The notes under the pieces were generated by a model that searched no databases, was not told the DNA's origin, and saw nothing but the letters and a program-made list of their open reading frames with translations. A stretch of DNA of 64,000 nt from Octopus vulgaris (lineage: Eukaryota): positions 57,598,001 through 57,662,000 of the forward strand of contig OX597829.1 in NCBI GenBank assembly GCA_951406725.2, written 5' to 3'. How positions within the stretch are numbered: the stretch's first letter is position 1; each line of letters starts with the position of its first letter. A program made the position numbers and the translations under genes. Below are positions 29,530 through 42,562 of this stretch, piece after piece.

Positions 29530-29905
29530 CCCATTCAAGTTGGGAGCTGCTCACGGACATGCAGTATCTAAGTCGTTTGTCTGATGAAGTTTGCCCAGAT
29601 TTTGATGGAATCCTTTTCTTCTTCGATACATTTTGGAATAATACTAGATTGAGTAGCGCCTGTTTAGAAAAGGAAAACATGTCACAGGGTATTTACATGT
29701 CATTAACCAGAATTATGTTGGAGGTGTATGGCATGGGATGACAGCCTTGAATAAATTCTAAATTTTATTTTAAGGCCGTTTGTGCAATGCTGGTGGTATA
29801 TTTACTCTCCATACTGTGAGAACGATGTAGTGTTTGATGTTGTGTTGGAGGGTGGAAACTTTCAATGTTTTAAGGCAGTCCCAATAATTAAGATCAATCA
29901 TGGCT
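29530..29905 (-). mobile_element. Old CR1/L2-group LINE 3' remnant
   Basis: Minus translation MIDLNYWDCLKTLKVSTLQ...YIVLTVWR resembles the LNYWERL..L.LYSLQRRRERY motif. Same family as 58225-58480. Confidence 0.5.
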
Positions 29906-31349
29906 TTTATAAGTCATAAGTTTTCCAAACATTTGCCTTACACACACAACTAAACACATGCGTGTGTGTGTGTGTGTGTGGGCACACATGCATACACACA
30001 TAGGAACATAAACCACGCCCTTCTTCACAGATGGTGGTATATTTTAGCACAGCCATCCATCATCTATTTAACTGTAAAAATAAGTAATTCAACCAATGAA
30101 ATACCTCACCTTTTGTGTGTATAAAAATATATTTAGAACAATAAAAAAAAATTCTAGTCTTAAATAGAAAACTATTTGCAGCTTCACTGCTCCTATTAAG
30201 ATTATTTCTTATATCAGTGCCACATGCTTAACATATGCCTATTGTTTGAATGCTATGAGTTGCACAATCTGAACCTATTCTACATATACATTCTACATTA
30301 CTGTAAATCAGCAAATATTTTATACCCTATGTGTGTATATATATATTTCAGGTTAGAGATTTTGATTTCATTTTGGAAGTGACTCGAGTGCACTGTATTG
30401 ATAAGCTCCGAATAAGGTAAAATACGTATCTGTCACTCATGAGATCACTTCTGGGGTGATTTAGCTAAGAAATAGATTGAGTTTGATTCACACTATACAT
30501 CTTCAAAGGGACCTTTCCCACATGCAAAACAAAAGCTCCTGACATTAAACAACACACTTGGATGATGTTTACATTATAGATTTGTTCCTATTGCATGATT
30601 GGAATTAATTTCTTATATCGACACAAGGCTGGAAACTGGAGAGAGATATTTACTGATATGTTTAATCCCATTAAATTGACTGCCACTTTATTTCATTGAC
30701 CCAGGAGGGGTGAAAGGTAGAGCTGACCTCGGGGAGATTTTGAACATAAAGAATAGGAAGAAACTCTTGTTTCTATCCATCTGCTGCCTCTCCAATTAAT
30801 ATTACCTTATCTTTTACTTGTTTCAGTCGCTGGACTATGGCCATGCTGGGGCACCACCTTGAAGGGTTTAGCTAAACAATACAAGCCCAGTATTTCTTTT
30901 TAAGCTTTCAGTCCCTTTTGCCGAACTGCTAAGTTACAGTTATATAAACACACCAACACTATGATGTATATATATATATATGGTGTGGCTATGTGATAAG
31001 AAACTTGCTTCCCAATCATGTAATATTGGGTTTATTGCTACATGATACCTTAAGCAATTGTCTTTTATTATAGCCCCAAGCTGACCAAAGCCTGTGGATT
31101 TATTTGACTAAACTAAAAAATCCTGTCATATATACATACATACATATATATGAAAGAATACAGGAAGTTGGAACATTTTTTCGATATTATCTATTCACCA
31201 TTACATATGTTTCATTTGCTAATTGGAATCACAAAGATGTACATGTTTGATAAGCATGAAAGAAATTTCGTATTAAATTCTCTAGACAGAGAATTAATAC
31301 AACTATGCACTGGGTTCTAACATTGGAAAAAGCAGATATGCTTCAAGAA

Positions 31350-31885
31350 GATTCAGCTAGGATGAGACTATGTTGGTTTGGACAAGTGATACATATGAAT
31401 GGAGACAGCTGTATAAAGAAGTGCCAGTCACTGAAAGTGGATGGTACCTGTGAAAGACGGAGAACTAGGAAAACATGGGATGAAGTGTTGAGGACCAATC
31501 TCAGGATGTTGGGACTCGTGGAGGAAACGACAAGCGGTTGAGATGTCTGGCGATATGAGGTTCTATAGAAGACCTACGCACATCAGCAAAGCTGAGTTCA
31601 AGCTAATATCCTGCTAATGCAAGACATCTTTTCTGTCCCTCAACACTACTCACCCCCATTTGAAGGGATCTTGAGCTGCAAGTTACATGGTGAACACACT
31701 ACTGCGCTCATGCTGCATAAAAGGCACCCAGTGCACTCTGTAGAGTGGATGGTGATAGGAAAGGCATCCAACCATAGAAACTATACCAAAGCAGACAACA
31801 GAGCCTGGTCCAGCCTCCAGCCTTGCCAGCTCCTATGGAAGATGGACATTAAATAATGATGATGATGACGATGATGGTGATGATT
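31350..31885 (+). mobile_element. RTE-clade LINE 3' end (RT C-terminus, 3' UTR and (GAT)n tail)
   Basis: RLCWFGQVIHMNGDSCIKKC..LKVDGTCERRRTRKTWDEVLRTNL..LGL matches the RTE RLRWFGHV.RM...RGRPRKTW motif. Followed by the same tail as the abundant non-coding repeat. Confidence 0.8.
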
Positions 31886-32957
31886 TATAATTGTAGGTGG
31901 GACTGTATAGTAAAAGAATTTGCTTATCAACCACATTGTTCTGGATTAAGTCCCATTGAGCAAGTGCCTTCTATTTTACTATAGCCTTTCACTTACTAAA
32001 GCCTTCTGAGTGAATTTGATGAATGGAAACGGAAAAAACTCATCACATGTGTGTGTGTGTAAGAGAGAGAGAACGTCTATATGTATATGTATATATAAAT
32101 GTATATGTATGTATATATGTCTATGTGTGTGAGAATGTAAATGTATATATGTATATATAAATATATATATATATAAATATATATATATATAAATATATAT
32201 ATATATAAATGTATATATATATAAATATATATTTATGCATATATATATATATAAATATATATTTATACATATATATATATATATGTGTGTGTGTATATCA
32301 TATACTAAGATTTATGTATGATATTCCGAATAAGTGTCCTTAGACATTAAAGGGTAAATCATCTGTTAGTTTCCATTATAAGATTACTATATACATCTGT
32401 ATATAATTACGCACTTATGTATTTGCGTATATACAAACACAAACACATTCTCACGTTTTTTACAAACATTTACAATACTATGCTGCCTTGAATGTCACAG
32501 ATACTATAGTGTGTAAAATACATATATAAATATACAAAACCGCACCAGGCTAGCATATACAGGAGTGTAAATACAAAGTCACTGCTACATATAAACACAC
32601 ACAAAGATATTCTCTTATCACATTCATACTTATTCTCAAATATCAATGATTAAATATATGTACGTACGCATAAACATTCATACATAACAAGCTGATTGCC
32701 TAAATTACAATTATTCCATCAAATTTTATGGAGTTGTAAATATTTGTGTGTGTGTGTATAATACATCCGTTTGTTGTTTACACACCTGTCTTAGTCTTTT
32801 GGGGTTTTTTTTTGCAACTTCTCACTATATATATAAATATATATATAAATATATATATATATATACACACACATGTGTATTAGTGACTTGTAGGTACATC
32901 ATATATCATTATTATGCAACTATAATATACTACAAAGTATATTAAACGTTTATATAC

Positions 32958-33005
<48 letters not shown>

Positions 33006-33452
33006 CCTGTGTGGTAAGTAGCTGGCACAGGAGTGGCTGTGTGGTAAGTAGCTTGCTTACCACCTACATCATTCCGGGTTCAGTCCCACTGCATGTCTTG
33101 AGCAAGTGTCTTCTACTATAGCCTCAGGCTGAACAAAGATTTGTGAGCTGATTTGATAGACAGAAAATGAAAGAAGCTACATTGTGTATATGTATGTGTG
33201 TATATGTGTTTGTCACTCCAACATCACTTGACAACTGATGGCAATGCATTTAGATCCCCGTAACATAGCAGTGCAGCAAAAGAGACCAATAGAATAAGTA
33301 CTAGGTTTACAAAGAATAAGTCCTGGGGTCAATTTGCTCAAAGAAAGGCAGTGCTTCAGCATGGCCACAGTCAAATGACTGAAACAAAAGAATAAAAAGA
33401 AAGAACATATATATATGTAAGTATGTATGGATGTATGTATGTGTATGTATAT

Positions 33453-33493
<41 letters not shown>

Positions 33494-33782
33494 ATGTATG
33501 TGTGTGTGTGTGTGTATATATATTATATATTGTAGTCCCGTCTTGAGTCATTAACCACAGTAAATAAGGTACTAATACATAGCAGAGTGATTAATTTATA
33601 TATATATTCTACAGGACTAGTCCTGTAGAAGCTATATCCTTCTATATAATAAATATATATGTATATATATAGGTGTGTTTATGTGTGTATTTGTATATAT
33701 GTTCCTTAGAATTTAATATGAGTGTGTGTGTGCAAATATATGTATATTTGTATGCATGTCTATATATACATGTGTATATGTG

Positions 33783-34118
33783 AAGGCGCTTGGCTCAGTG
33801 GTTAGAGCGTCGAGCTTACGATCGTGAGGTTGTGAGCTCAAATCCCGGACCGGGCTGCGTGTTGTGTTCTTGAGCAAGACACTTTATTTCACGTTGCTCC
33901 AGTTCACTCAGCTGCAGAAATGAGTTGCGACGTCACAGGTGCCAAGCTGTATCGACCTTTGTCTTTCCCTTGGATAACACTGGTGGCGTGGAGAGGGGAG
34001 GCCGGTATGCATGGGCGACTACTGGTCTTCCATAAAAAAACCTTGCCCAGACTTGTGCCTCAGAGGGTAACTCTCTAGGTGCAAACCCATGGTCACTCAT
34101 GACCGAAGGGGGTCTTTA
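33783..34118 (+). mobile_element. SINE family C: tRNA-derived CORE-like SINE, CpG-rich and probably young
   Basis: Box A TGGCTCAGTGG, box B GAGCTCAAATCC, CORE-like GTGTTCTTGAGCAAGACACTT...CTCAGCTGCAGAAATGAG, then a GC-rich 3' region. Confidence 0.85.
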
Positions 34119-34157
<39 letters not shown>

Positions 34158-34799
34158 AATGTTTCAAAAGTAAAGAAAACCTCCCTTCTTGTAATGCCAT
34201 TTCATCTGTGCAGACACCATTCCATACCCAAACTGGTTAAATTAAAAAAATATGCATTAAGTACAGGACATCACCAATGAGTAAAAAATACAAAAACATA
34301 TGAGAGAAAAGTAGAGGACAAAATACCAAAAGAAGATAACTCACTCATCAGTTGTCGATTGTTTTATTACTGCCTATTTTGTGCTTTTAACAACAAGATA
34401 GGAAAACTTCATAAGACAGCAGCATCCAGAAATTTTAAAAATATAAAATTTGTGGAGAGTTAGGGCTTCAACCGAACAAACAACAACAGAATGGACTTAC
34501 AGAGTAAACAATTGATGAAGACAAATATTAAGGGCCATTAGGCCATAATGAATTGTTATGGGTAATGCTTGGGAGAAATTTTGAAAGGATACGGAACAAA
34601 TAGAAGATAAGAAAATAGAAGGGAAAAAATGTCGAGAGGCAAGAGAAGAGGGAAATGACGTCCAGCCAGTTGGACGTTGCATCCCATTAATAAACAAAAC
34701 GCATTTAATGGAGAATAAATAATACTAAAACATTTCCACTTCCCTACTTTGTTATGCAACAACTCTGCCAATAAAGTTTCCATAATTCTTGATTTTAAT

Positions 34800-34866
<67 letters not shown>

Positions 34867-35469
34867 ACAGTGACAGTGAATACGTATTGATTGTAATAAT
34901 GTAAAAAGCAGATGTGCTTCAAAAGGAAACAGCTGGGATTTATCCTAATTATTTATTATGATACATACACACACACACACACACACACATGTATATATAT
35001 AGGTGCAGGAGTGGCTACGTAGTAAGAAGCTTGCTTCCTAACCACATGGTTCCAGGTTCAGTTGTACTGTGTGCCACCTTGGGCAAGTGTCTTCTACAAT
35101 AGCCTTGGGCCGAACAAAGCCTTGAGAGTGGATTTGGTAGATGGAAAATAAAAGAAGCCTGTCATATATATATATGTATATATGTATTTGTATTTGTGTG
35201 TCAGTTTTTGTCCCACCCCTCACTTGACAACCGATGTTGGTTTGTTTATGTCACCATAACGTAGCGGATCAGCAAAACAGCATAATAGAACAAGTACTAG
35301 CCTTACAAAGAATAAGTCCTGGGTTGATTTCTGTAACTAAAGGTAGTGCTCCAGCATGGTTGCAGTCAAATGACTCAAACAAGTAAAAGAATAAAATGAT
35401 AAAAATACACACATATATAAAAATGATTAAAAAAAAATACACACATATATATAGTATGTATATATGTAT

Positions 35470-35582
35470 GAAATGGACATGGCCAATCTGAAGGAAGCGG
35501 CCCGGGATAGAACTGACTGGAAGACACTGATCCAACGAGTGACCGAGAGTCGACTTCGACTGAGCGGATAGAGAGAGAGAGA
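35470..35582 (+). mobile_element. Extremely 5'-truncated RTE/BovB-like LINE end
   Basis: EMDMANLKEAARDRTDWKTLIQRVTESRLRLSG* followed directly by (GA)n. Resembles the BovB-type C-terminus DR..WR..V..V..SR.RL. Confidence 0.65.
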
Positions 35583-36239
35583 TATATATGTGCATGTGTA
35601 TTTGTATGTATATGTATATACATATACTTATGTATATATATATGTACTTGTGTATATTTATACATACATATATATGTATGTGCATGTTTATATATATATA
35701 TATATATATATATGGGGGGGGGTGTATCTATGTTTGTATTGATAAATGTGTGCATGCCTCTGTGTGTGTATAGTATACAAGATGTGATCAAAAAGTAATC
35801 AGGACTAGTGCTTTAGGAAGCAGGCTACAACACATACCAATCCCACATTGATTCTCGTTTGAAGTCACTCACTTTATTCAGCATCATTTTTCATTCAATG
35901 TTATGCAATTCATACAATGTTATTATGCAATACTGTATAAATTGTTTAACATTGTGTGAGATAGGAAATAAAAGTTTTGCACATTTATGGAAATAGTTGT
36001 AATTTGAAGTTGTCTTCTTCATTTAAATCACACACACACAGATATATATATGATATATATATACATACATATATATATATACACACACAACATCTCATAT
36101 AGATGTTTAGTACTAAAAGACACAAAGGAATAGCAGACAAAACATGTCTAGCAGCAATGGTGGAATTGGTGAAACTAGACTTCTGCTTCCTTGAACATTA
36201 TCAGCAGCAAATACATGCACAGACACACACACATGTGTG

Positions 36240-36885
36240 CATGCGATGGTGGTTCTTCATGTCCGAGAATCATGATGATGACTCTTTCCTTCTTTGATGA
36301 TGTTTCTTATCCACCATAGTTGCTCTGGGGCCTTCTCAACACTGTTTGCTGCAGTCTAGATACAATCACATCCATTTATAACACGACTCTGTTCCATCCG
36401 ATGGGGTGGGGTTGAGGCTCTATCCCTGTCTGGCTGAGCAGGCATTTGAACTGGTCTTTGAAAACGTTTCCTGAGAGCTCCTCTATTTCAATTGCCTTGG
36501 TTGAGTTCTCCTTTATCCCAGTTACCTTGGCTGAGTTCCCTGAAGAATATGGGACTCTGGGTTCAGTCATGCATGAAACATGCCTACCTATCTCTGCTGT
36601 TCAAGCAACAGCATGGTTTCAATGCTTAGGATGTTAGCCTGCTTCAAGACTTTGTTGGTGGTGACATGTTCCTTCAATGATGATAACCATGATAGAGTGA
36701 AGGTATCTTGAACTACTTTCCATACAACATTCTAGTTTCTGACCCTCGAAACAGAATAGGGAAGACAAGAGCTTTGTAAACCTTGATCGTGGTGGACAGG
36801 TGTAGTATGTAGTTTTGCCATGCATGCTTCAACAGATGTCTAAAGGAGATGTTGGCTTTGGCTGTGCAGTTGTCAACGTCCTTAT
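36240..36885 (-). mobile_element. Degenerate RTE-clade LINE RT C-terminal region
   Basis: Pieces KDVDNCTAKANISFRHL, TTIKVYKALVFPILFRGSET, TNKVLKQANILSIETML, VGHVSCM, KRFKDQFK, with stops and frameshifts. Confidence 0.75.
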
Positions 36886-36930
36886 ATCTATACCTTATCT
36901 AACTCTCTTTCTCTCTATATATATCTTATC

Positions 36931-36967
<37 letters not shown>

Positions 36968-37906
36968 TCTCTGTCTCTCCCTATATACCTTATCTTTCTC
37001 TTTCTCTCATTATATATATATATATATATATATATATACTCATACACACATGTTATCTATCTGTATAGTATATCTTGTGTGTATAATTATATATATGATT
37101 GCTACTGTTACAGATTAGAATTCCATGTAGATTATTATCATTCAATCTGCTTCCTGTATAGTTGTTGCTGTTTTACTGGTTATGGTATACAGAGTAAATG
37201 TAGGAGAAATTATGATAAACACACATTACTAGTTCCTACATATGTTTCACCATTGTGGCTGTTTGGAAGTCTGTATAGGATGATCCAAGTACAATTGGAT
37301 GTTTAACTGCCACAGATCATTACATTAGAGGAAATTAATATCTGAAGTTGTGCAGATGGTGAGACTTTGATCTCACGAAAGAAAGAAGGAGAGAAAGAAA
37401 TGTTTATATTTATCTTCCAGTTCTATCTATCTATGTATCTATATATATGTACAAGTGGTGTCATTTATAGATTATGAGGGGTGAATTACGCAAGACAGCA
37501 AAGTCAATAACCACTTCTTTCTTGGGAAGGTTCACAGCAAAAAATAAAAATAAATTTAAAATAAATAAGTAGACGTAAAGTGGTTGTGTGGTAAGTACCT
37601 TGCTTACAAACCACATGCTTCTGGGTTCAGTCCTACTGTGTGGCACCTTGGGCTAGTGTTTTCTACTACAACCTCGGGCCAACCAAAGCCTTGTGAGTGG
37701 ATTTGGTAGATGGAAACTGAAAGAAACCAGTTGTAAATGTGTGTATGTTTCTACCGATGCAGGAGAACTTCATGCAAGAAATTAATAACAGCAACCAATA
37801 CGGCTAATTAAGGTATCTAGTTCTCTGTTGTAAGGTTTAATTGACCAGATCAAACTGGAGGCAACGAGACAACACAGCATGTTTCTCAGTAAGCTTAATT
37901 CATGAC

Positions 37907-37907
<1 letters not shown>

Positions 37908-37995
<88 letters not shown>

Positions 37996-38003
37996 TATAT
38001 ATG

Positions 38004-38054
<51 letters not shown>

Positions 38055-38199
38055 GTATATATATGTATATATATGTGTGTGTGTGTATATGTATATATAT
38101 GTGTCTGTGTGTGTATGCATATATGTATATATATGTATATATATGTGTGTGTGTGTGTATATGTATATATATGTGTGTGTGTATATATATATGTATATG

Positions 38200-38248
<49 letters not shown>

Positions 38249-38546
38249 GTGTGTGTGTATATATATATGTATATATGTGTATATATATGTGTATATATAT
38301 ATGTATATATGTGTATATATATATGTGTATATATATATGTATGTATATGTATATATATATGTGTATAAATATATGTATATATATATGTATGTGTATATAT
38401 ATATGTATATATATATGTGTATATATATATGTTTATATATATGTGTATATATATATGTATATATATATATGTATATATATGTGCGTGTATATATATATAT
38501 GTGTGTGTGTATGTATATGTATATGTGTATATATACATACATATAT
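37908..38546. repeat. Long compound (TA)/(TG) microsatellite
   Basis: Directly visible, about 640 bp. Confidence 0.97.
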
Positions 38547-39802
38547 GGCCACCAATGTTGGAAAAGAAAGGAGAGGAATAGAGGGTAAGATAGATAGGCA
38601 GGCAAAATGTGTGTGTAGGAGTGTAAGAAAGGGAGATAGACAGAGAGAAAGAGAGAGTGAGAGAAATGATGGTGGAGATACCCACTGGGTATAATGGAGT
38701 GGGGATGAATATAAGTGGTACAGAGGATTGGACAGGGTGTTGATGGGCTTCCTTCAGTTTCCATCAACCAAACTCACAGGTTTTGGACAGCTCTGGACTG
38801 TAGTTGAAGACACTAGCCCAAGGCACCATGCTGTAGGACTGAACCCGGAACAATATGTTTGGAATGCAACCACACTACCATGCCTGTGCCTATGATAAGT
38901 AAAATATATGTATGTTTGTGAAAGTCAGTGGAACTTAAGCTCTGTGTGTGTGTGTGCGTGTGTGTGTGTGTGTGTGTGTTGACCTACATAAGAAGTGGAG
39001 CACAAATAAACTAAGAGAGAGTGGGTGGACATGTATAATGATATTAACTGATGATTGCTGGAAAGGAGGGATAGAGTGAGAGAGAGAGAGAGCGAGAGGG
39101 AAGGAAACAGAGGTGATGGCTGCTAGTATAGATAATTAATGCTTACTAAGGCAAGGCAAAAGTATAATTGCTACAATGTCATCATATGTAGGCACAGGTA
39201 CGACTGCGTCATAAGAAATTTGCTTTCCAATTACATGGTTCCAGGTTCAATTCTACTGCATGGCACCAGGGGCAAATGTCTTCTTTTATAGCCCAAGGCT
39301 GACTAAAGCCTTGTGAGTAGATTTGGTAGGCAAAGCTGAAAAAAGCTTAGTAGCAAAATCAATAAAACAAGTCCAGTGAACTTGATGTGGGGAGTGGGAA
39401 GTCCTATGTTTTGGGTTTTGCTGAGATGATGCAGACCCAACACCAGCTCTGACAGAAAGATAGATACATAGATAGATAAATAGACGGACAGGTAAATAGA
39501 TGGATAGATGGGTTAATGATGTGTATTTGTTTTTGGTTTTCTGCTTGTTCCTCACCATTGACTGACACAGCTTTTATTTTTTTTGCTTAAGTTTGGTATT
39601 CAGTCTATTGCCCTCTTTTACTGGATCATTAATTTATAAGTCGTAAACAAACTAAGTTGTTAAGTGATGGTGTTGATGACGGGGCACAAATACAGTGAAA
39701 AGAACACACGCATACTTTTGTGTGTGTGTGTGTGTGTATATATATATACACACACACATATATATATACACAGATATATACATATATATAATGTGTGTGT
39801 GC

Positions 39803-39993
39803 GTATTTTGAAAAAAACAAGTAGAAATGGATTTTCTGATAATTTTTCCCCTTTATTAATTAGATGTTTATAAATCATTAGGTGTTTATGAATGGTAAAC
39901 ACCTAATGAATTATAAACATCGAATTATTAAAGTGAAAAAATTGTCAGAAAATCCATTTCTATTCGTTTTTTTTTTTTTGTTTTCAAATATAC
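39803..39993. repeat. Imperfect palindrome: ~85-95 bp arms, 7-nt loop at 39889-39895
   Basis: TAGAAATGGATTTTCTGA...TCATTAGGTGTTTA / TAAACACCTAATGA...TCAGAAAATCCATTTCTA. Confidence 0.9.
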
Positions 39994-40176
39994 AGAGTAG
40001 GTCAAAAGTCATAGACGAAATAAGATCAATACATTCTGGAATTGTCAAAGATATGCTTCAATTTTTCTAAAATTGTATAAAATTAATTAAAAAGTGATGA
40101 ATATACACATGCTTGTGCATGGTGACAAAATGAATCATAATAATAATGTAACATAAATTAATATATATATGTGTGA

Positions 40177-40612
40177 CACGTAAAAAGCACCATCCGATCG
40201 TGGCCGTTGCCAGCCTCGCCTGGTCCCCGTGCCGGTGGCACGTAAAAAGCACCACCTGATCGTGTCCGTTGCCAGCGCCGCCCCGACTGGCCTCCGTGCC
40301 GGTGGCACGTAAAAAGCACCATCTGATCATGGCCGTTGCCAGTCTTGCTTGGCCCCCGTGCCAGTGGCACGTAAAAAGCTCCATCCGTCTGTGGCCGTTT
40401 GCCAGTCCCGTCTGGCACCTGTGCGGGTGGCACGTAAAAAGCACCCACTACGCTCACGGAGTGGCTGGCGTTAGGAAGGGCATCCAGCCGTAGAAACACT
40501 GCCAGATCAGACTGGAGCCTGGTGCAGCCTCCTGGCTTCCCAGACCCCAGTCGAACCGTCCAACCTATGCTAGCATGGAAAGCGGACGCTAAATGATGAT
40601 GATGATGATGAT
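40177..40612 (+). mobile_element. RTE-type 3'-UTR-derived repeat, young copy with tandem ~62-67 bp subunits
   Basis: CACGTAAAAAGC at 40177, 40239, 40306, 40368 and 40431; CpGs retained; (GAT)n tail. Degenerate relatives at 3690, 6945, 24960, 28880, 52590 and 53800. Confidence 0.85.
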
Positions 40613-40850
40613 GTGTGTGTGTGTGTATATATATGTATATACGTATAGAATAAAAGCACTAATAATAACGAAGAAATAAAAGGACATTTTTATCAAAATC
40701 CTGATGAATTTTTTCTTAAAATATATATATGTATATACGTGTGCATATGAGTGTTTGTATATATATATATATATATTAGGTGAAAAAAATATATATATAA
40801 TATATGTGTGTGTATGTATAAATGTTTATATATACGCATATATGTATGTA

Positions 40851-41067
40851 CGAAGGAGAGCTGAAAAGTTCCTGGTTTTAAGAGTATTTTGAAAGACCTG
40901 GTTGGGGGCCCAGCCTTCCGAGTTCTTTTACAGGGCTTAGAAAAACTGAAGGACTGCTGCAATAAGCGTGTGAATCTGAGAAGGAAATGTGTTGAATAAA
41001 ATCATGATTAACAGACCCTCCTGTATTTTCTTTTACCAAAAGCCTGAATCTTTTCTTTACATCCCAG
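40851..41067 (+). mobile_element. Tc1/mariner-derived non-autonomous element
   Basis: TA|CGAAGGAGAGCTGAAAAGTTCCTGG ... degenerate right end |TA. Internal FFLQGLEKLKDCCNKRVNLRRKCVE* resembles the mariner transposase C-terminus (GI.KL..RW.KC....G.YVE). Confidence 0.7.
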
Positions 41068-41286
41068 TATGTATGTATGGATGGATGTATGGATGGATGG
41101 ATGGATGCATCCATGCATGTATATGTCTTCCCTTTTTATCTTTTACTTGTTTCAGTTATTAGACTGGGTTTCTAACAACCCTCCACACCAAGCAAACCTA
41201 GTGAGGGTGTAGGTTTTTATTCGCTGATGATCTGACCCTGCAACAGGTTGCACTGGATCCTATGTTACCAGTGACATCAAATATAT

Positions 41287-42103
41287 GTTAGTTAGTTAGT
41301 TAGTTAATTTGGCTCAAAAGCAAATAGCAAGGCCATGTAGGGGGACATGGAGTTAAGTACAGGGTGGTGTTCATGTAAAGAGTTCAGGCCACTTGAGGTC
41401 CAGGGAGGCTTTGAACAAAGCGGTCGTCGGCATCTTCACCATCTCGTCTGGCAGCTTGTTCCACGGATCCGCAACCCGGACGGAGAAAGCTCCTCTCCTT
41501 CGATTGAGATGAAATCGTCGCAGGTAGAGCTTTTCGGAATGACCCCGCAGCCGACGCTCCGGAGCAGGAGTGAAGAACAGCTCTTTCGAGAGGTTACACT
41601 TCCCACTTATGATGTTGTGGGCGAGAATGAGATCACCACGGCGGCGGCGTTTTTCAAGAGAATAAAGGTCGAGCGTCCTCAGCCTTTCTTCGTAGGACAA
41701 ATTTTTGAGACCATGAACCATGCGGGTAGCCAGCCTCTGGACTCTTTCGAGGTGCTGTATGTCTTTGAGGATATAAGGAGAAGAGGCTTGAATCCCATAC
41801 TCCAATATGGGTCTCACCAGCTTGACATAGAGTGGCAGGAATATGGCTGCTGTGAGCATTCCGAATGACCGTCGAATCAAAAACAGAATTCCGCGCGCTT
41901 TGTTGGCAGCATGGACGCACTGGGCCGAAGGCGAAAAGGAGGAATCCACCAAGATACCCAGGTCCTTTACCTGATCGGTCCTCTCCAGCAGCAGACAACC
42001 CGGCTCGAAATCAAGTTGAGTTGCAGGAGTAGAGCCGACAGGCAGATGACAGCACTTTGACATGTTCAGACACAGGTCCCAATCGTTAGACCACTTCCAA
42101 ATT
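41287..42103 (-). mobile_element. 5'-truncated CR1-clade LINE with (TAAC)n tail
   Basis: Uninterrupted ORF2 C-terminus, short 3' UTR, and 3' tail visible as GTTAGTTAGTTAG at 41287-41306. Confidence 0.92.
41371..42102 (-). CDS. CR1-type reverse transcriptase C-terminal/thumb fragment (no true start codon)
   Basis: [87 protein letters not shown] are all canonical CR1 ORF2 motifs. Confidence 0.9.
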   Translation of the reverse strand: MWKWSNDWDLCLNMSKCCHLPVGSTPATQLDFEPGCLLLERTDQVKDLGILVDSSFSPSAQCVHAANKARGILFLIRRSFGMLTAAIFLPLYVKLVRPILEYGIQASSPYILKDIQHLERVQRLATRMVHGLKNLSYEERLRTLDLYSLEKRRRRGDLILAHNIISGKCNLSKELFFTPAPERRLRGHSEKLYLRRFHLNRRRGAFSVRVADPWNKLPDEMVKMPTTALFKASLDLKWPELFT

Positions 42104-42150
42104 GTATATATGGTAGATGGACTTTAAATGATGATGATGATATATACATA

Positions 42151-42213
<63 letters not shown>

Positions 42214-42562
42214 ATGTATGCAGATATATATATATGAACATGTATATAGATATATACATATATGTATGTGTGAGTGTATATCTATAATATATATATAATA
42301 GATCAGGATTCAAGTGAATCAGGCACTTAAATGGTAAGGCACCAGGTTAGTTCAAAAAGTAAAATGTGTGTATAACAGAAATAGAGGGATACGTATGCAG
42401 GTACCGACGTACAGGCAGGAAGATATGTATATGATTAACTGTACGTGACTGAGTATTTCATGAGTCCTGGGGCTAATCAAGAAATGCACACTGTATCAAA
42501 TGTAAGGTGGTCCATAATATACTTTGGATTGACACAAGAAGCAGGTTTTAGGAGAGGTGAAT

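Noticed and set aside
29303-30110. Diverged direct repeats (29303-29400 and 30013-30110) flanking a LINE remnant, LTR-like
   Set aside because: No TG..CA ends, PBS or PPT, and the interior is a non-LTR fragment; more likely an old local duplication.
33785-33858. tRNA-like sequence with A and B boxes
   Set aside because: No proper acceptor stem, and it continues into a CORE-like body, so it is a SINE head rather than a tRNA gene.
40177-40445. Regularly spaced repeat superficially like a CRISPR array (also 56820-57200)
   Set aside because: The spacers are homologous to each other, the context is eukaryotic, and there are no cas genes.
41287-41306. (GTTA)n resembling a telomeric repeat
   Set aside because: It is the 4-bp (TAAC)n 3' tail of the CR1 element, not TTAGGG or TTAGG.
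41347-41868. 173-aa + strand ORF
   Set aside because: Antisense shadow of the CR1 ORF2.
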